A stretch of 64,000 nucleotides of DNA. Source: an uncultured Candidatus Saccharimonas sp. (GTDB taxonomy: Bacteria; Patescibacteriota; Saccharimonadia; Saccharimonadales; AQU-01). Both the position numbers and the translations under genes were made by a program. Below, piece by piece: positions 43,115-52,070 of the stretch. The first letter of the stretch is position 1; the number at the start of each line of letters is the position of its first letter. Below the pieces are notes generated by a model. The model was not told where the DNA came from, searched no databases, and was given only the letters and a program-made list of their open reading frames with translations. The DNA lies in the NCBI GenBank assembly GCA_943358095.1, contig CALRGT010000002.1, positions 32,782-96,781 of the forward strand, written 5' to 3'.

Positions 43115-45883
43115 ATGGGAGAGACAACAACACTAGGAATTAGAAGAGTATTTACGGCGCCAAATACTAAGGGTTATGACGCTATTAAATGGGTTACTCG
43201 CGATTCTATTATCACTAATCCTGTAACTTCAAAGCCAGTTTTCGAGCAAAAAGACGTTGAGTTTCCAGAGGGCTGGTCACTAAACGCTATTAACATCGTA
43301 GCTCAGAAGTATTTTACAGGTTCACCTGGCACACCAGGCCGCGAAGTTAGCCTGCGTAATTTGATAGATCGCGTTGCCGACACTATCACTCGAGCCGGTA
43401 TTCAAGAGGGTTATTTTGAGTCAGACGAAGAAGCCGAAACTTTCCGCGAAGAACTAAAGTACATTTGCGCTACTCAGCGTGCTGCCTTTAACTCTCCAGT
43501 TTGGTTTAACATCGGTGTACCAGAACGCTCACAACAGGCTAGTGCCTGCTTTATTTTAGCCGTCGAAGACACTATGCCAGCTATTCTTAACTGGTATAAA
43601 GAAGAAGGTATGATCTTTAAGGGCGGTAGCGGTTCTGGTATCAACATTAGCTCGCTTCGTTCATCTGTTGAAGTGCTAGGCAAGAGCGCTGGTACGGCCT
43701 CTGGTCCTTTGTCGTTCATGCGTGGCGCTGACGCTTCAGCTGGTGCAATAAAGAGTGGTGGTAAGACTCGTCGAGCCGCCAAAATGGTTATTTTGAATGT
43801 TGACCACCCAGATGTAGAAGAATTTATCTGGTGTAAGGCCCGTGAAGAGCGTAAAGCTCGTGTTCTAGCCGACGCTGGTTACGAAATGGGTGTCGATGGT
43901 AAGGACATTCACTCTGTTCAGTACCAAAATGCCAACAACTCAGTTCGTGTTACTGACGATTTCATGCAAGCTGTATTAGACGACGCAGATTGGGACTTAA
44001 AAGCTGTTACTACTGGTAAAACTACTAGCACAGTCAAAGCTCGAGACATTATGCATCAGTTTGCTCAGGCCGCATGGGAATGCGCTGACCCTGGAATGCA
44101 GTACGACACCACTATTAATAAGTGGCACACAACTCCATCGGCTGGTTCAATCAATGGCTCTAACCCTTGTAGTGAGTACATGCACCTAGACAACTCTGCC
44201 TGCAACTTGTCATCTATCAACCTACTAAAATATCTACGAGATGACGGTAGTTTTGATGTTGAATTGTTCAAGCACACAATCGAAATTATGTTCACAGCTC
44301 AAGAAATTCTTGTCGGCTACTCTGAGTATCCAACCAAGAAAATTGGTATCACAGCCAAAGCTTACCGAGAGCTAGGACTAGGTTACGCTAACCTTGGTGC
44401 TCTATTAATGGCACAAGGTTTACCTTACGACTCTGAAGAAGGCCGTGCTCAGGCTGCAGCTATCACCGCTTTGATGACTGGTCACGCTTATGCTACTAGC
44501 GCACGCTTGTCACGACGAGTTGGTGCATTTGCCGGTTACCGCAAAGACAAAGAAAGCACGATGAAGGTCATTAAGATGCACCGCGAAGAGGTTTCTAACA
44601 TCGATGCCAGCCTAGTTAGCGAAGAGCTACTTAGCGCCGCAGCGGCATCATGGGACGAAGCTGTTGAACTTGGTCGCTTACACGGTATCCGTAACTCACA
44701 AGCTACTCTACTAGCTCCAACAGGTACGATTGGTTTGATGATGGATTGCGACACCACTGGTATCGAGCCAGATCTAGGTCTAGTTAAGGTCAAGAAGTTG
44801 GTCGGAGGTGGTACGATGTACATCGTCAACCAGACTGTGCCACGCGCTTTGGACGCCCTCGGTTACAGCAAGTCACAGATAGCAGATATCATTAGCTATA
44901 TCGACACCGAGAAGAGCATTTTGGGAGCACCACATCTAGCCAAAGAGCACGAAGCAGTTTTTGCTTGCTCAATGGGTGATAACGCTATTCATTACCTCGG
45001 TCACGTTAAGATGATGGCCGCCGTTCAGCCTTTCTTGTCTGGCGCTATCTCTAAGACAATCAATATGCCAGAAGAAGTAAGCGTCGAAGACGTTGAACAG
45101 CTACATATCGATTCCTGGAAGTTAGGCCTCAAGTCGGTCGCTATCTACCGAGACAACTGTAAGGTTGGTCAACCACTAAGTATGGCCAAGAAAGATGTCG
45201 AGCCATCTGTTGCTGGTTTGCCTACAACTGAAGGTTTTGTCGTCAGGGGAGCAATCCGCCGCCGCCTACCTAAGGTTCGCACAGCCAAGACTTTCTCGTT
45301 CAAAGTTGCTGACAGCAAGGGCTTCGTGACTGTTGGTGAATACGAGGATGGCACACCAGGTGAATTGTTTGTGAATATTTCCAAGCAAGGTTCGACCTTG
45401 CGAGGTGTCATGGATGCCTTCGCTATCTCAATTAGCCATGGTCTACAGTATGGTGCGCCTCTCAAGAACTACGTCAGAGCCTTCACTAATATGTCGTTTG
45501 CGCCAGCCGGTATAACTGATGACGCTGAGATTCGCACCGCTTCATCACTAGTCGACTATATCTTTAGACGCTTAGCGCTTAGCTACTTGTCATTCGATGA
45601 TCGTCTAGAGTTAGGTTTAGCGTCATTCGACGATATGCCAGAAGCACAGATTAGTCTTTTAGGAAGCGAAGATGCAGTTGTCGAAGAAGCTATTCAGGCC
45701 TCTCAAGACATCGATGTTGCACCAGTAGTTGCAAAAGTTACTGCCCAGGCAGCAACAACAACTCAACCAGTCGCAAGAAGAGACGACACAGCACCTTTCT
45801 GCTATAACTGCGGTAATCAGACTCAACGCGCCGGTTCGTGTTATGTCTGTACTGCTTGTGGTAGCACAACAGGCTGTAGCTAG
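43115..45883 (+). CDS. nrdJ: Class II (adenosylcobalamin-dependent) ribonucleotide reductase
   Basis: FNSPVWFN, SACFI, SGGKTRRAAKM, SNPCSEY, ACNL.SINL, APTGTIG.MMDCDTTGIEP, C-terminal CxxC..C..C...GCS. Confidence 0.95.
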   Translation: MGETTTLGIRRVFTAPNTKGYDAIKWVTRDSIITNPVTSKPVFEQKDVEFPEGWSLNAINIVAQKYFTGSPGTPGREVSLRNLIDRVADTITRAGIQEGYFESDEEAETFREELKYICATQRAAFNSPVWFNIGVPERSQQASACFILAVEDTMPAILNWYKEEGMIFKGGSGSGINISSLRSSVEVLGKSAGTASGPLSFMRGADASAGAIKSGGKTRRAAKMVILNVDHPDVEEFIWCKAREERKARVLADAGYEMGVDGKDIHSVQYQNANNSVRVTDDFMQAVLDDADWDLKAVTTGKTTSTVKARDIMHQFAQAAWECADPGMQYDTTINKWHTTPSAGSINGSNPCSEYMHLDNSACNLSSINLLKYLRDDGSFDVELFKHTIEIMFTAQEILVGYSEYPTKKIGITAKAYRELGLGYANLGALLMAQGLPYDSEEGRAQAAAITALMTGHAYATSARLSRRVGAFAGYRKDKESTMKVIKMHREEVSNIDASLVSEELLSAAAASWDEAVELGRLHGIRNSQATLLAPTGTIGLMMDCDTTGIEPDLGLVKVKKLVGGGTMYIVNQTVPRALDALGYSKSQIADIISYIDTEKSILGAPHLAKEHEAVFACSMGDNAIHYLGHVKMMAAVQPFLSGAISKTINMPEEVSVEDVEQLHIDSWKLGLKSVAIYRDNCKVGQPLSMAKKDVEPSVAGLPTTEGFVVRGAIRRRLPKVRTAKTFSFKVADSKGFVTVGEYEDGTPGELFVNISKQGSTLRGVMDAFAISISHGLQYGAPLKNYVRAFTNMSFAPAGITDDAEIRTASSLVDYIFRRLALSYLSFDDRLELGLASFDDMPEAQISLLGSEDAVVEEAIQASQDIDVAPVVAKVTAQAATTTQPVARRDDTAPFCYNCGNQTQRAGSCYVCTACGSTTGCS

Positions 45884-45902
45884 TAAGACTAGCCATCCAA
45901 CA

Positions 45903-45935
45903 GAGAAAACCCGCCAATTATAGGCGGGTTTTCTG
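45903..45935 (+). terminator. Terminator after nrdJ
   Basis: GAAAACCCGCC-loop-GGCGGGTTTTC. Confidence 0.85.
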
Positions 45936-45979
45936 TTTAAGGGTTGCCATATCCGAGCTATCTATTACAATAGTAGTCT

Positions 45980-46228
45980 ATGAGTTTTGAAATTATTGGT
46001 ATGCCAGAGACACAAACCTTTACCGCTGAGTCAGCTATAGTCAGCCAACCCGAGCCAGGGTCGGGTAGTCTTATACACGACACTTTGGTCAAGCCCTTCG
46101 AAGTTAATCCAATTGGAGCGATTGTAATGCTGGGAGCTATTGCTGCCGGTACGGCCTTGCTCCGCAGAGCCGTTAAGTCTGACAAATCTTGGGGTGAGTC
46201 TATCAAAGACCGGCTAGAGGACAAATAA
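45980..46228 (+). CDS. Small hypothetical membrane protein
   Basis: One hydrophobic helix; promoter-like TACAAT just upstream. Confidence 0.6.
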   Translation: MSFEIIGMPETQTFTAESAIVSQPEPGSGSLIHDTLVKPFEVNPIGAIVMLGAIAAGTALLRRAVKSDKSWGESIKDRLEDK

Positions 46229-46299
46229 TCCAGCTTTTGGCTATTATTGGCCTTAATCTCAGCAAAATATTCTCATCAAGCTTATGGTACTATTGAAGT

Positions 46300-46563
46300 A
46301 TGAAAATCCAATTTCTATACAGGCCCAACTCAGAGCATTCACGACTAGTAGATGAGTATGTTCACGAGTTTAAAATCCGCCGCAATACGGAGATAGATAT
46401 GATAGATATTGACGGCAGAGATGGCTCATCATTAGCTCGACTTTACGATGTTATGGCTTATCCGGCTATTCTAGTCACAAAAGAGGGCGGAGAATTAGTA
46501 GCTAGTTGGCAGGGGACGGACTTACCGTTAATGGACGAGTTAGCAGCCTACGCCAATCTTTAG
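46300..46563 (+). CDS. Small hypothetical protein, thioredoxin-fold-like without CxxC
   Basis: IDID.....LA.LY.V..YP.ILV...GELV..W.G pattern. Confidence 0.7.
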   Translation: MKIQFLYRPNSEHSRLVDEYVHEFKIRRNTEIDMIDIDGRDGSSLARLYDVMAYPAILVTKEGGELVASWQGTDLPLMDELAAYANL

Positions 46564-46597
46564 TTGCAATTTAGCAAAAAAAGTATACAATAGCAGT

Positions 46598-46990
46598 ATG
46601 AATAAACTTGTACCGGCCGCTTCGGCTGCTTTCGCAATAGGTGTTATAGGTGGTGGATATGCTACTCACGAAATATTATCGAGTAAAACCGAGGGATATA
46701 TGGATAATCAGTCTGCGCTCAAAGAGTGCGAGGCTGATCCGTCTCTATTAGTGTCGGCAAATGGCGTACTTCAGTGCGCTGGCGTTGAGCTTAAAACTGT
46801 TAATGGTGTATCTGTAGATTGGGCAGCAACTCACAAGGCGGTGGCTGACTCTATCAAGCACTCTAAAGACGTCGATGAATACGGCTCAATTTATGGTTCG
46901 TTGGCTATAGGTGTGATGGCGGCTTCAGCAGCTATTATTCGCCCAGCCCACAAAAAACAGCAAGCTACTCCTAGAAAACCAAAAGCCTAA
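46598..46990 (+). CDS. Hypothetical membrane protein
   Basis: Hydrophobic segments at both ends, basic tail. Confidence 0.65.
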   Translation: MNKLVPAASAAFAIGVIGGGYATHEILSSKTEGYMDNQSALKECEADPSLLVSANGVLQCAGVELKTVNGVSVDWAATHKAVADSIKHSKDVDEYGSIYGSLAIGVMAASAAIIRPAHKKQQATPRKPKA

Positions 46991-47060
46991 ATTCGGACAG
47001 GTTAAGAGCAAGAGTTTTGTTTGTGATATAATTTTATTTAGAAACACTCTGCATATATGT

Positions 47061-47222
47061 AGATGAGCGGCTATCAACCGTGAAGTTTCGGGAGGAAACT
47101 CGTCCTAGTAACGAGCGTAAAGCCCGCCGGTCCGGCCCGTAATCGCCGTCAATTAAGCCGTGAAGTAGGATGGTACCTTCGCCCATCAGCGAATCCTACT
47201 TGATCAGGGCTTTTTTATTTTT
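47061..47222 (+). promoter_or_regulatory. T-box riboswitch (Ile, ATC specifier)
   Basis: Short stem I CGG-CT-ATC-AA-CCG; stem II; CGGCCCGTAATCGCCG (IIA/B); antiterminator AAGTAGGA-TGGTACC-TTCGC...GCGAA-TCCTACTT; directly upstream of ileS. Confidence 0.88.
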
Positions 47223-47237
47223 ATAAGGGGAACCACT

Positions 47238-50138
47238 ATGAGCGACATCAAGAAATCACAATTTGCCGAAATCGAAGAAACTATGCTGGGTCTATGGGAA
47301 AGCGAGCAAACATTTCAGAAAAGTCTAGATCAGCGCAAAGGCCAGCCAAACTTTAGTTTTTATGACGGTCCGCCGTTTGCTAATGGTCTTCCTCACTTCG
47401 GCCACTCTCTTGTTACTAGTATCAAGGACTCTCTTGGTCGCTATAAAACAATGCAAGGCTTCTATGTCGAGCGCCGTAATGGCTGGGATTGCCATGGTTT
47501 GCCAGTAGAGTTTGCCATCGAGAAAGAGTTCGGAGTTAGTGGCAAGAAGCAGATTCTAGAGCTTGGCCTCGAGAAGTTCAACGCCGCTTGTAGAGCTTCG
47601 GTGTTTTCCTACAAGGCAACTTGGGAGGATTATTTCAAAAGAATAGGTCGCTGGACAGATACCGCCAACGCCTACGCTACTATCGATACCTCCTATACCG
47701 AAAGCGTCTGGTGGACTTTGAAGCAGATCAACGACAAAGGACTGCTCTATAAGGGTTATAAGAGTATGCCGTACTGCCCGCGCTGTGAAACGCCATTGTC
47801 TAACTTTGAAGTTAACGAAGGCTACAAGGACAATGTGCCCGACCCAAGCTTATTCGTAAAGTTTAAGTTAGCCGACGAAGAAGCGTCCATGTTGGCTTGG
47901 ACGACAACCCCTTGGTCATTACCGGGGAACGCCGCTTTGGCTGTTAATCCTGACGAACAGTATGTTTATGTTGATCTTTCTAACGAAGCTGGCGGCAAAG
48001 AAGTATTAATTTTGGCCAAAAAGCGACTAGAAGCGGTATTAAAAGATGAATCTACCTATACTGTCACCAAAGAGGTTAACGGCAAAGAACTAGCCGGCAA
48101 AAGCTATTTACCGCTGTTTACTAACGATAGTTGGCACTCACTAGAGGGGTTTGCTAATTTGTACCACATTCAACTAGCCTCATTTGTTAGTATAGACGAC
48201 GGTACGGGCGTGCTACATGTTGCGCCAGCCTTCGGTGAAGACGACTTGGCGTTAGGTTTGGAGCAGAACTTGCCAGTGCTTGCTACTGTCGATAATGGTG
48301 GTCATATTGTTGCTGGAATCGGTCTACCAGAAGCCGAAGGTAAGTTTTTTAAGGGCGCTGATAGGCCTATCGTTGCGTTCCTGACAACAAAAGGGGCTGT
48401 TTTCTCGGCTGAAACCTTTGAACACACCTATCCTTTCTGCTATCGCTGCGACACGCCACTACTTTATTATGCAATTTCCACTTGGTTCGTCAGAGTCTCT
48501 GCTATTAAGGAGCAAATGGCTAGTACTGCCAAAGATACTAACTGGATGCCAGAGCATATCAAGGACGGTCGCTTCGGTAAATGGCTAGAAGGCGCTCGTG
48601 ATTGGGCGATTAGTCGCAATAGATATTGGGGTGCGCCGATGCCAATTTGGGTCAACGAACAAGACGAAAATGACTATATTGTTGTTGAAAGTGTCGAACA
48701 GTTGCGTTCTTTGGCCGGAAATGACGCCAAACTCGACGATTTGCACCGACCTTTTATCGACAGTGTGACTTTTGTAAAAGACGGCAAGACTTATCGTAGA
48801 ATCGAAGAAGTTTTGGATTGCTGGTTTGAGTCGGGCAGTATGCCAGTCGCTCAGCAGCACTATCCTTTTGAGAACGAAGACAAGTTTAACTCCACATTCC
48901 CAGCCGATTACGTCGGTGAAGGACTTGATCAGACTAGACTTTGGTTTTATGTTCAGCATGTTATTTCTACGATTATTTTCGACAAGCCAGCCTACAAAAA
49001 TGTTCTAGTTAACGGTATTATTCTTGCCGCCGATGGTCAGAAGCTTAGTAAGCGACTCAAAAACTACCCTCCAGTAGACGATGTTTTCTCACAGGAAGGT
49101 GCAGATAGTCTGCGTCTATATCTGTTATCTAACTATCAGGCCGTTGCTGCCGACTATATGCGCTTTAGCCGCGATGCTTTGAAGGATTTGAACCGAAATG
49201 TACTGGGTACGCTACTCAACACGCAACACTTCTTCAAGATGTATACAGATATCGATAATTGGACTCCGGCCAAACAGTTAGCCGAGCCGGCCGTCGAACA
49301 CGTCCTTGACAAGTGGTTGCTATCCCGACTAAACGAAACTATCATTGAGACCACCAAGCAGGCCGACGATTTCAAATTGGCATATGCCATACAGCCAGTT
49401 TTCTCCTTGATTGACGACATGTCTAACTGGTATGTTAGGCGTTCACGCCGCCGTTTCTGGAAAAGTGAGGATGATGGCGACAAATTGCACGCCTACGAGA
49501 CTTTGCATTATGTTTTGGCTAGTATTAGTCAGTTATTAGCACCGTGGGCGCCGTTTGTTAGCGATAAGTTGTGGCGCGAACTAATGTCCACCACTGATAT
49601 GCCGACTTCGGTTCACTTGAGTGACTGGCCAAAAGCTGGAGAAGTCGATCAAACACGGATTAGCGATATGCAGGCCACCCGCGAAGTCATAAACCTCGCT
49701 CTTAGTAAGCGTGCCGAAGCAAAGATCAAAGTTAGGCAGCCACTTCTTAAGGTTACGCTTCCTATGGAGCTCAGCGACGAGCTAAAGGCTGTTGTTGCTG
49801 ACGAAGTTAATGTACGGGAGGTGTTAGTCGATAAGTCTATTCAAGAGGTGGCGCTGGATATCACCCTAAACGATGAGCTTAAGGCTGAAGGTCTAATGCG
49901 AGATTTGGTGCGAATGATTCAGTCGTCACGCAAACAGGCTGGCCTAGAAGTTAGCGATCGAATTAAACTAGTTGTTGAATCAACCGACGAATTGGTCCAG
50001 GCGGCTTTGACGGCTCACGACAGCACAATCAAGCAAGAAACTTTGGCCGTAACCATAGAACAACAGGGAACAGGCGATTTTGAGGCAGAAGTTCGACTAG
50101 AAGGCAAAGAAGTTCATATCGCAATCAGTAAAGCGTGA
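47238..50138 (+). CDS. ileS: Isoleucine--tRNA ligase (type 2)
   Basis: DGPPFANGLPHFGH, GWDCHGLPVE, WTTTPW.LP.N, DWAISRNRYWG, KLSKR; no C-terminal zinc finger. Confidence 0.96.
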   Translation: MSDIKKSQFAEIEETMLGLWESEQTFQKSLDQRKGQPNFSFYDGPPFANGLPHFGHSLVTSIKDSLGRYKTMQGFYVERRNGWDCHGLPVEFAIEKEFGVSGKKQILELGLEKFNAACRASVFSYKATWEDYFKRIGRWTDTANAYATIDTSYTESVWWTLKQINDKGLLYKGYKSMPYCPRCETPLSNFEVNEGYKDNVPDPSLFVKFKLADEEASMLAWTTTPWSLPGNAALAVNPDEQYVYVDLSNEAGGKEVLILAKKRLEAVLKDESTYTVTKEVNGKELAGKSYLPLFTNDSWHSLEGFANLYHIQLASFVSIDDGTGVLHVAPAFGEDDLALGLEQNLPVLATVDNGGHIVAGIGLPEAEGKFFKGADRPIVAFLTTKGAVFSAETFEHTYPFCYRCDTPLLYYAISTWFVRVSAIKEQMASTAKDTNWMPEHIKDGRFGKWLEGARDWAISRNRYWGAPMPIWVNEQDENDYIVVESVEQLRSLAGNDAKLDDLHRPFIDSVTFVKDGKTYRRIEEVLDCWFESGSMPVAQQHYPFENEDKFNSTFPADYVGEGLDQTRLWFYVQHVISTIIFDKPAYKNVLVNGIILAADGQKLSKRLKNYPPVDDVFSQEGADSLRLYLLSNYQAVAADYMRFSRDALKDLNRNVLGTLLNTQHFFKMYTDIDNWTPAKQLAEPAVEHVLDKWLLSRLNETIIETTKQADDFKLAYAIQPVFSLIDDMSNWYVRRSRRRFWKSEDDGDKLHAYETLHYVLASISQLLAPWAPFVSDKLWRELMSTTDMPTSVHLSDWPKAGEVDQTRISDMQATREVINLALSKRAEAKIKVRQPLLKVTLPMELSDELKAVVADEVNVREVLVDKSIQEVALDITLNDELKAEGLMRDLVRMIQSSRKQAGLEVSDRIKLVVESTDELVQAALTAHDSTIKQETLAVTIEQQGTGDFEAEVRLEGKEVHIAISKA

Positions 50139-50211
50139 CACTAAGGCTTTACAGATACAAGCATCTCTGGTACACTTGTTCGGTATCTAATTTTCTAAAC
50201 AGAAGAAATAA

Positions 50212-50517
50212 ATGAAAAAAGCAGTTATCGCAACCGGTGGAAAACAATATCTCGTCACAGAAGGCGAAACACTTGAAATTGAGCTAATTGGCGACGAAAA
50301 AGTCACCAGCTTCGACGCACTACTAGTTATCGACGGCGACAAAACCACCGTTGGAACACCTACAGTAGCTGGCGTTAAGGTATCAGCAGAAATTGTCGAA
50401 CAAGATATCCAGGGCGACAAAGTTATAGCTATCCGTTACAAGGCTAAAAAGCGTGTCCACAAAATTCATGGTCACCGCCAACACCACACCGTTATCAAGA
50501 TCTCAAAAATCGCCTAA
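50212..50517 (+). CDS. rplU: 50S ribosomal protein L21
   Basis: AVIATGGKQY.V.EG...GHRQ..T.IKI. Confidence 0.96.
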   Translation: MKKAVIATGGKQYLVTEGETLEIELIGDEKVTSFDALLVIDGDKTTVGTPTVAGVKVSAEIVEQDIQGDKVIAIRYKAKKRVHKIHGHRQHHTVIKISKIA

Positions 50518-50528
50518 ATATCGACTTT

Positions 50529-50560
50529 TAACCCAGAATTGTAAAGATTCTGGGTTTTTT
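50529..50560 (+). terminator. Terminator after rplU
   Basis: AACCCAGAAT-loop-ATTCTGGGTT followed by a T run. Confidence 0.85.
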
Positions 50561-50875
50561 ATTTGGGATTCGATTAGCAGAGTATGAATTGCTTATGCTT
50601 ATTGCCGCCGAAATAGTCAGTTAAAGCGTTGTATGAGCCTGTCTGGCGGGGATTACTGCTTGATTCGGTAGATTGAACATATTTGTATAGCAGAGCGCTG
50701 TAAGGGCTATAAAATGCCTAGTCGCTTACTACTTTATGCTAGTGGGCCCTCTTAGTTGCTGGTCGGAGTCAATGAGTCAAAGCTTTGGAACAAATAAGGT
50801 GCATGCTTTTGAGTAAAATCAAAAAAACTTTATGTTACAATGATTGCCATAAGCGGTCTATCTGGAGTAATAAGA

Positions 50876-51718
50876 GTGGCTAAACAATTTATTATGAAAA
50901 TCATGAAGCAGCTAACAGCGACTACTGCTGTTTTATGTCTATTCTCGGGTATTATTCTGCCTCTTGCCGCTAGCGCCGCTAGCATAGCTCAAGGATACGT
51001 AACTTCTGACACAGATTTGGTTGTAGGAATGGCAGCGTCACTGAATGCCGAAAGCGCGACAAAGACCCAAAATGTTGTTCGTTCTGGGACTAGCAATAAA
51101 GCAAAATTCGTTGGTATTATCACAACAAAGAACGCCAATCTTCTAACGCTCACAAATAATAACTCAACTGTTGTTGTAGCTACATCAGGTGAGGTTTACG
51201 CGTTTGTAACAGATATAAATGGTGTTGTAAAAAAGGGTGATAACTTATCAGTTTCACCAATAAAAGGCCTACTGATGAAGTCAGAAGTCAATGAGGTGAG
51301 TGTTGTAGGTTCAGCACTCGAAGACGCCGCCGGCAAAATTTCTACTAAACAAAATATTGACGTTTCTGGTGGCAAAAGACAGGAAATTTCAGTCACTAGT
51401 TTGCAAATAGAAGTTAATCCTCACAACCTAGCAGGTGGTGACGCCAAGAATCAGTCTTTTCTCAGAATTTTGGGTCAGAATGTTGCCGGCAAACAAGTCA
51501 GCGACTGGCAGGCTGTCATCGCTTTAGTCGTGTTTTTACTCTTGTTAGTTGTCGAAGGTTCGTTGATTTATGGCTCTGTTCATAGCTCGATTACGGCCCT
51601 GGGCAGGAATCCTATGGCCCGTGACGCCGTTTATCGCCAATTAGCTCAGGTTTTGTTGGCCGTTTTAGCTGTTCTGGCCTTCGGTGTAGCTATTATTTAC
51701 TTAGTTTTGCAGATCTAG
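50876..51718 (+). CDS. Hypothetical exported/membrane protein with C-terminal GRNP helical hairpin
   Basis: Signal peptide ending ASA; beta-rich middle; two TM helices around ALGRNPMA; start uncertain. Confidence 0.75.
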   Translation: MAKQFIMKIMKQLTATTAVLCLFSGIILPLAASAASIAQGYVTSDTDLVVGMAASLNAESATKTQNVVRSGTSNKAKFVGIITTKNANLLTLTNNNSTVVVATSGEVYAFVTDINGVVKKGDNLSVSPIKGLLMKSEVNEVSVVGSALEDAAGKISTKQNIDVSGGKRQEISVTSLQIEVNPHNLAGGDAKNQSFLRILGQNVAGKQVSDWQAVIALVVFLLLLVVEGSLIYGSVHSSITALGRNPMARDAVYRQLAQVLLAVLAVLAFGVAIIYLVLQI

Positions 51719-52070
51719 CCTAGCTGTTTTCTCGGTTATAGACTTTTTTATGGCAATTTGATGGTATTTTTTGGTTTGCCTAGTTCTTTTTTTGCCATTT
51801 AAAATATTTTGCATATTTTGGCGTCTTTTGCATCTATGTAACATTCTATCGGTTTAGTCATATATTTTTACGAATCCGCATCTGTTAAATATAATTATTG
51901 AGTACCTAGTAAACTCATAAATTCTCTACTTTTTAACTCGATATTTTTAGGTTGTGGATAAGTTATTAAAAAAGTATTCAAAATACCCCGAAAACGCTTT
52001 TGTTTATATAAGTAATAAACTACACTAATAACAGGTTAATTCATTCAGAATTACAGACAAACAAAAATCA

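Noticed and set aside
50212..50560. rplU without adjacent rpmA as gene loss
   Set aside because: rpmA may lie elsewhere in the genome; this cannot be judged from one window.
51953..51961. Perfect DnaA box TGTGGATAA as an origin
   Set aside because: Single box with no cluster.
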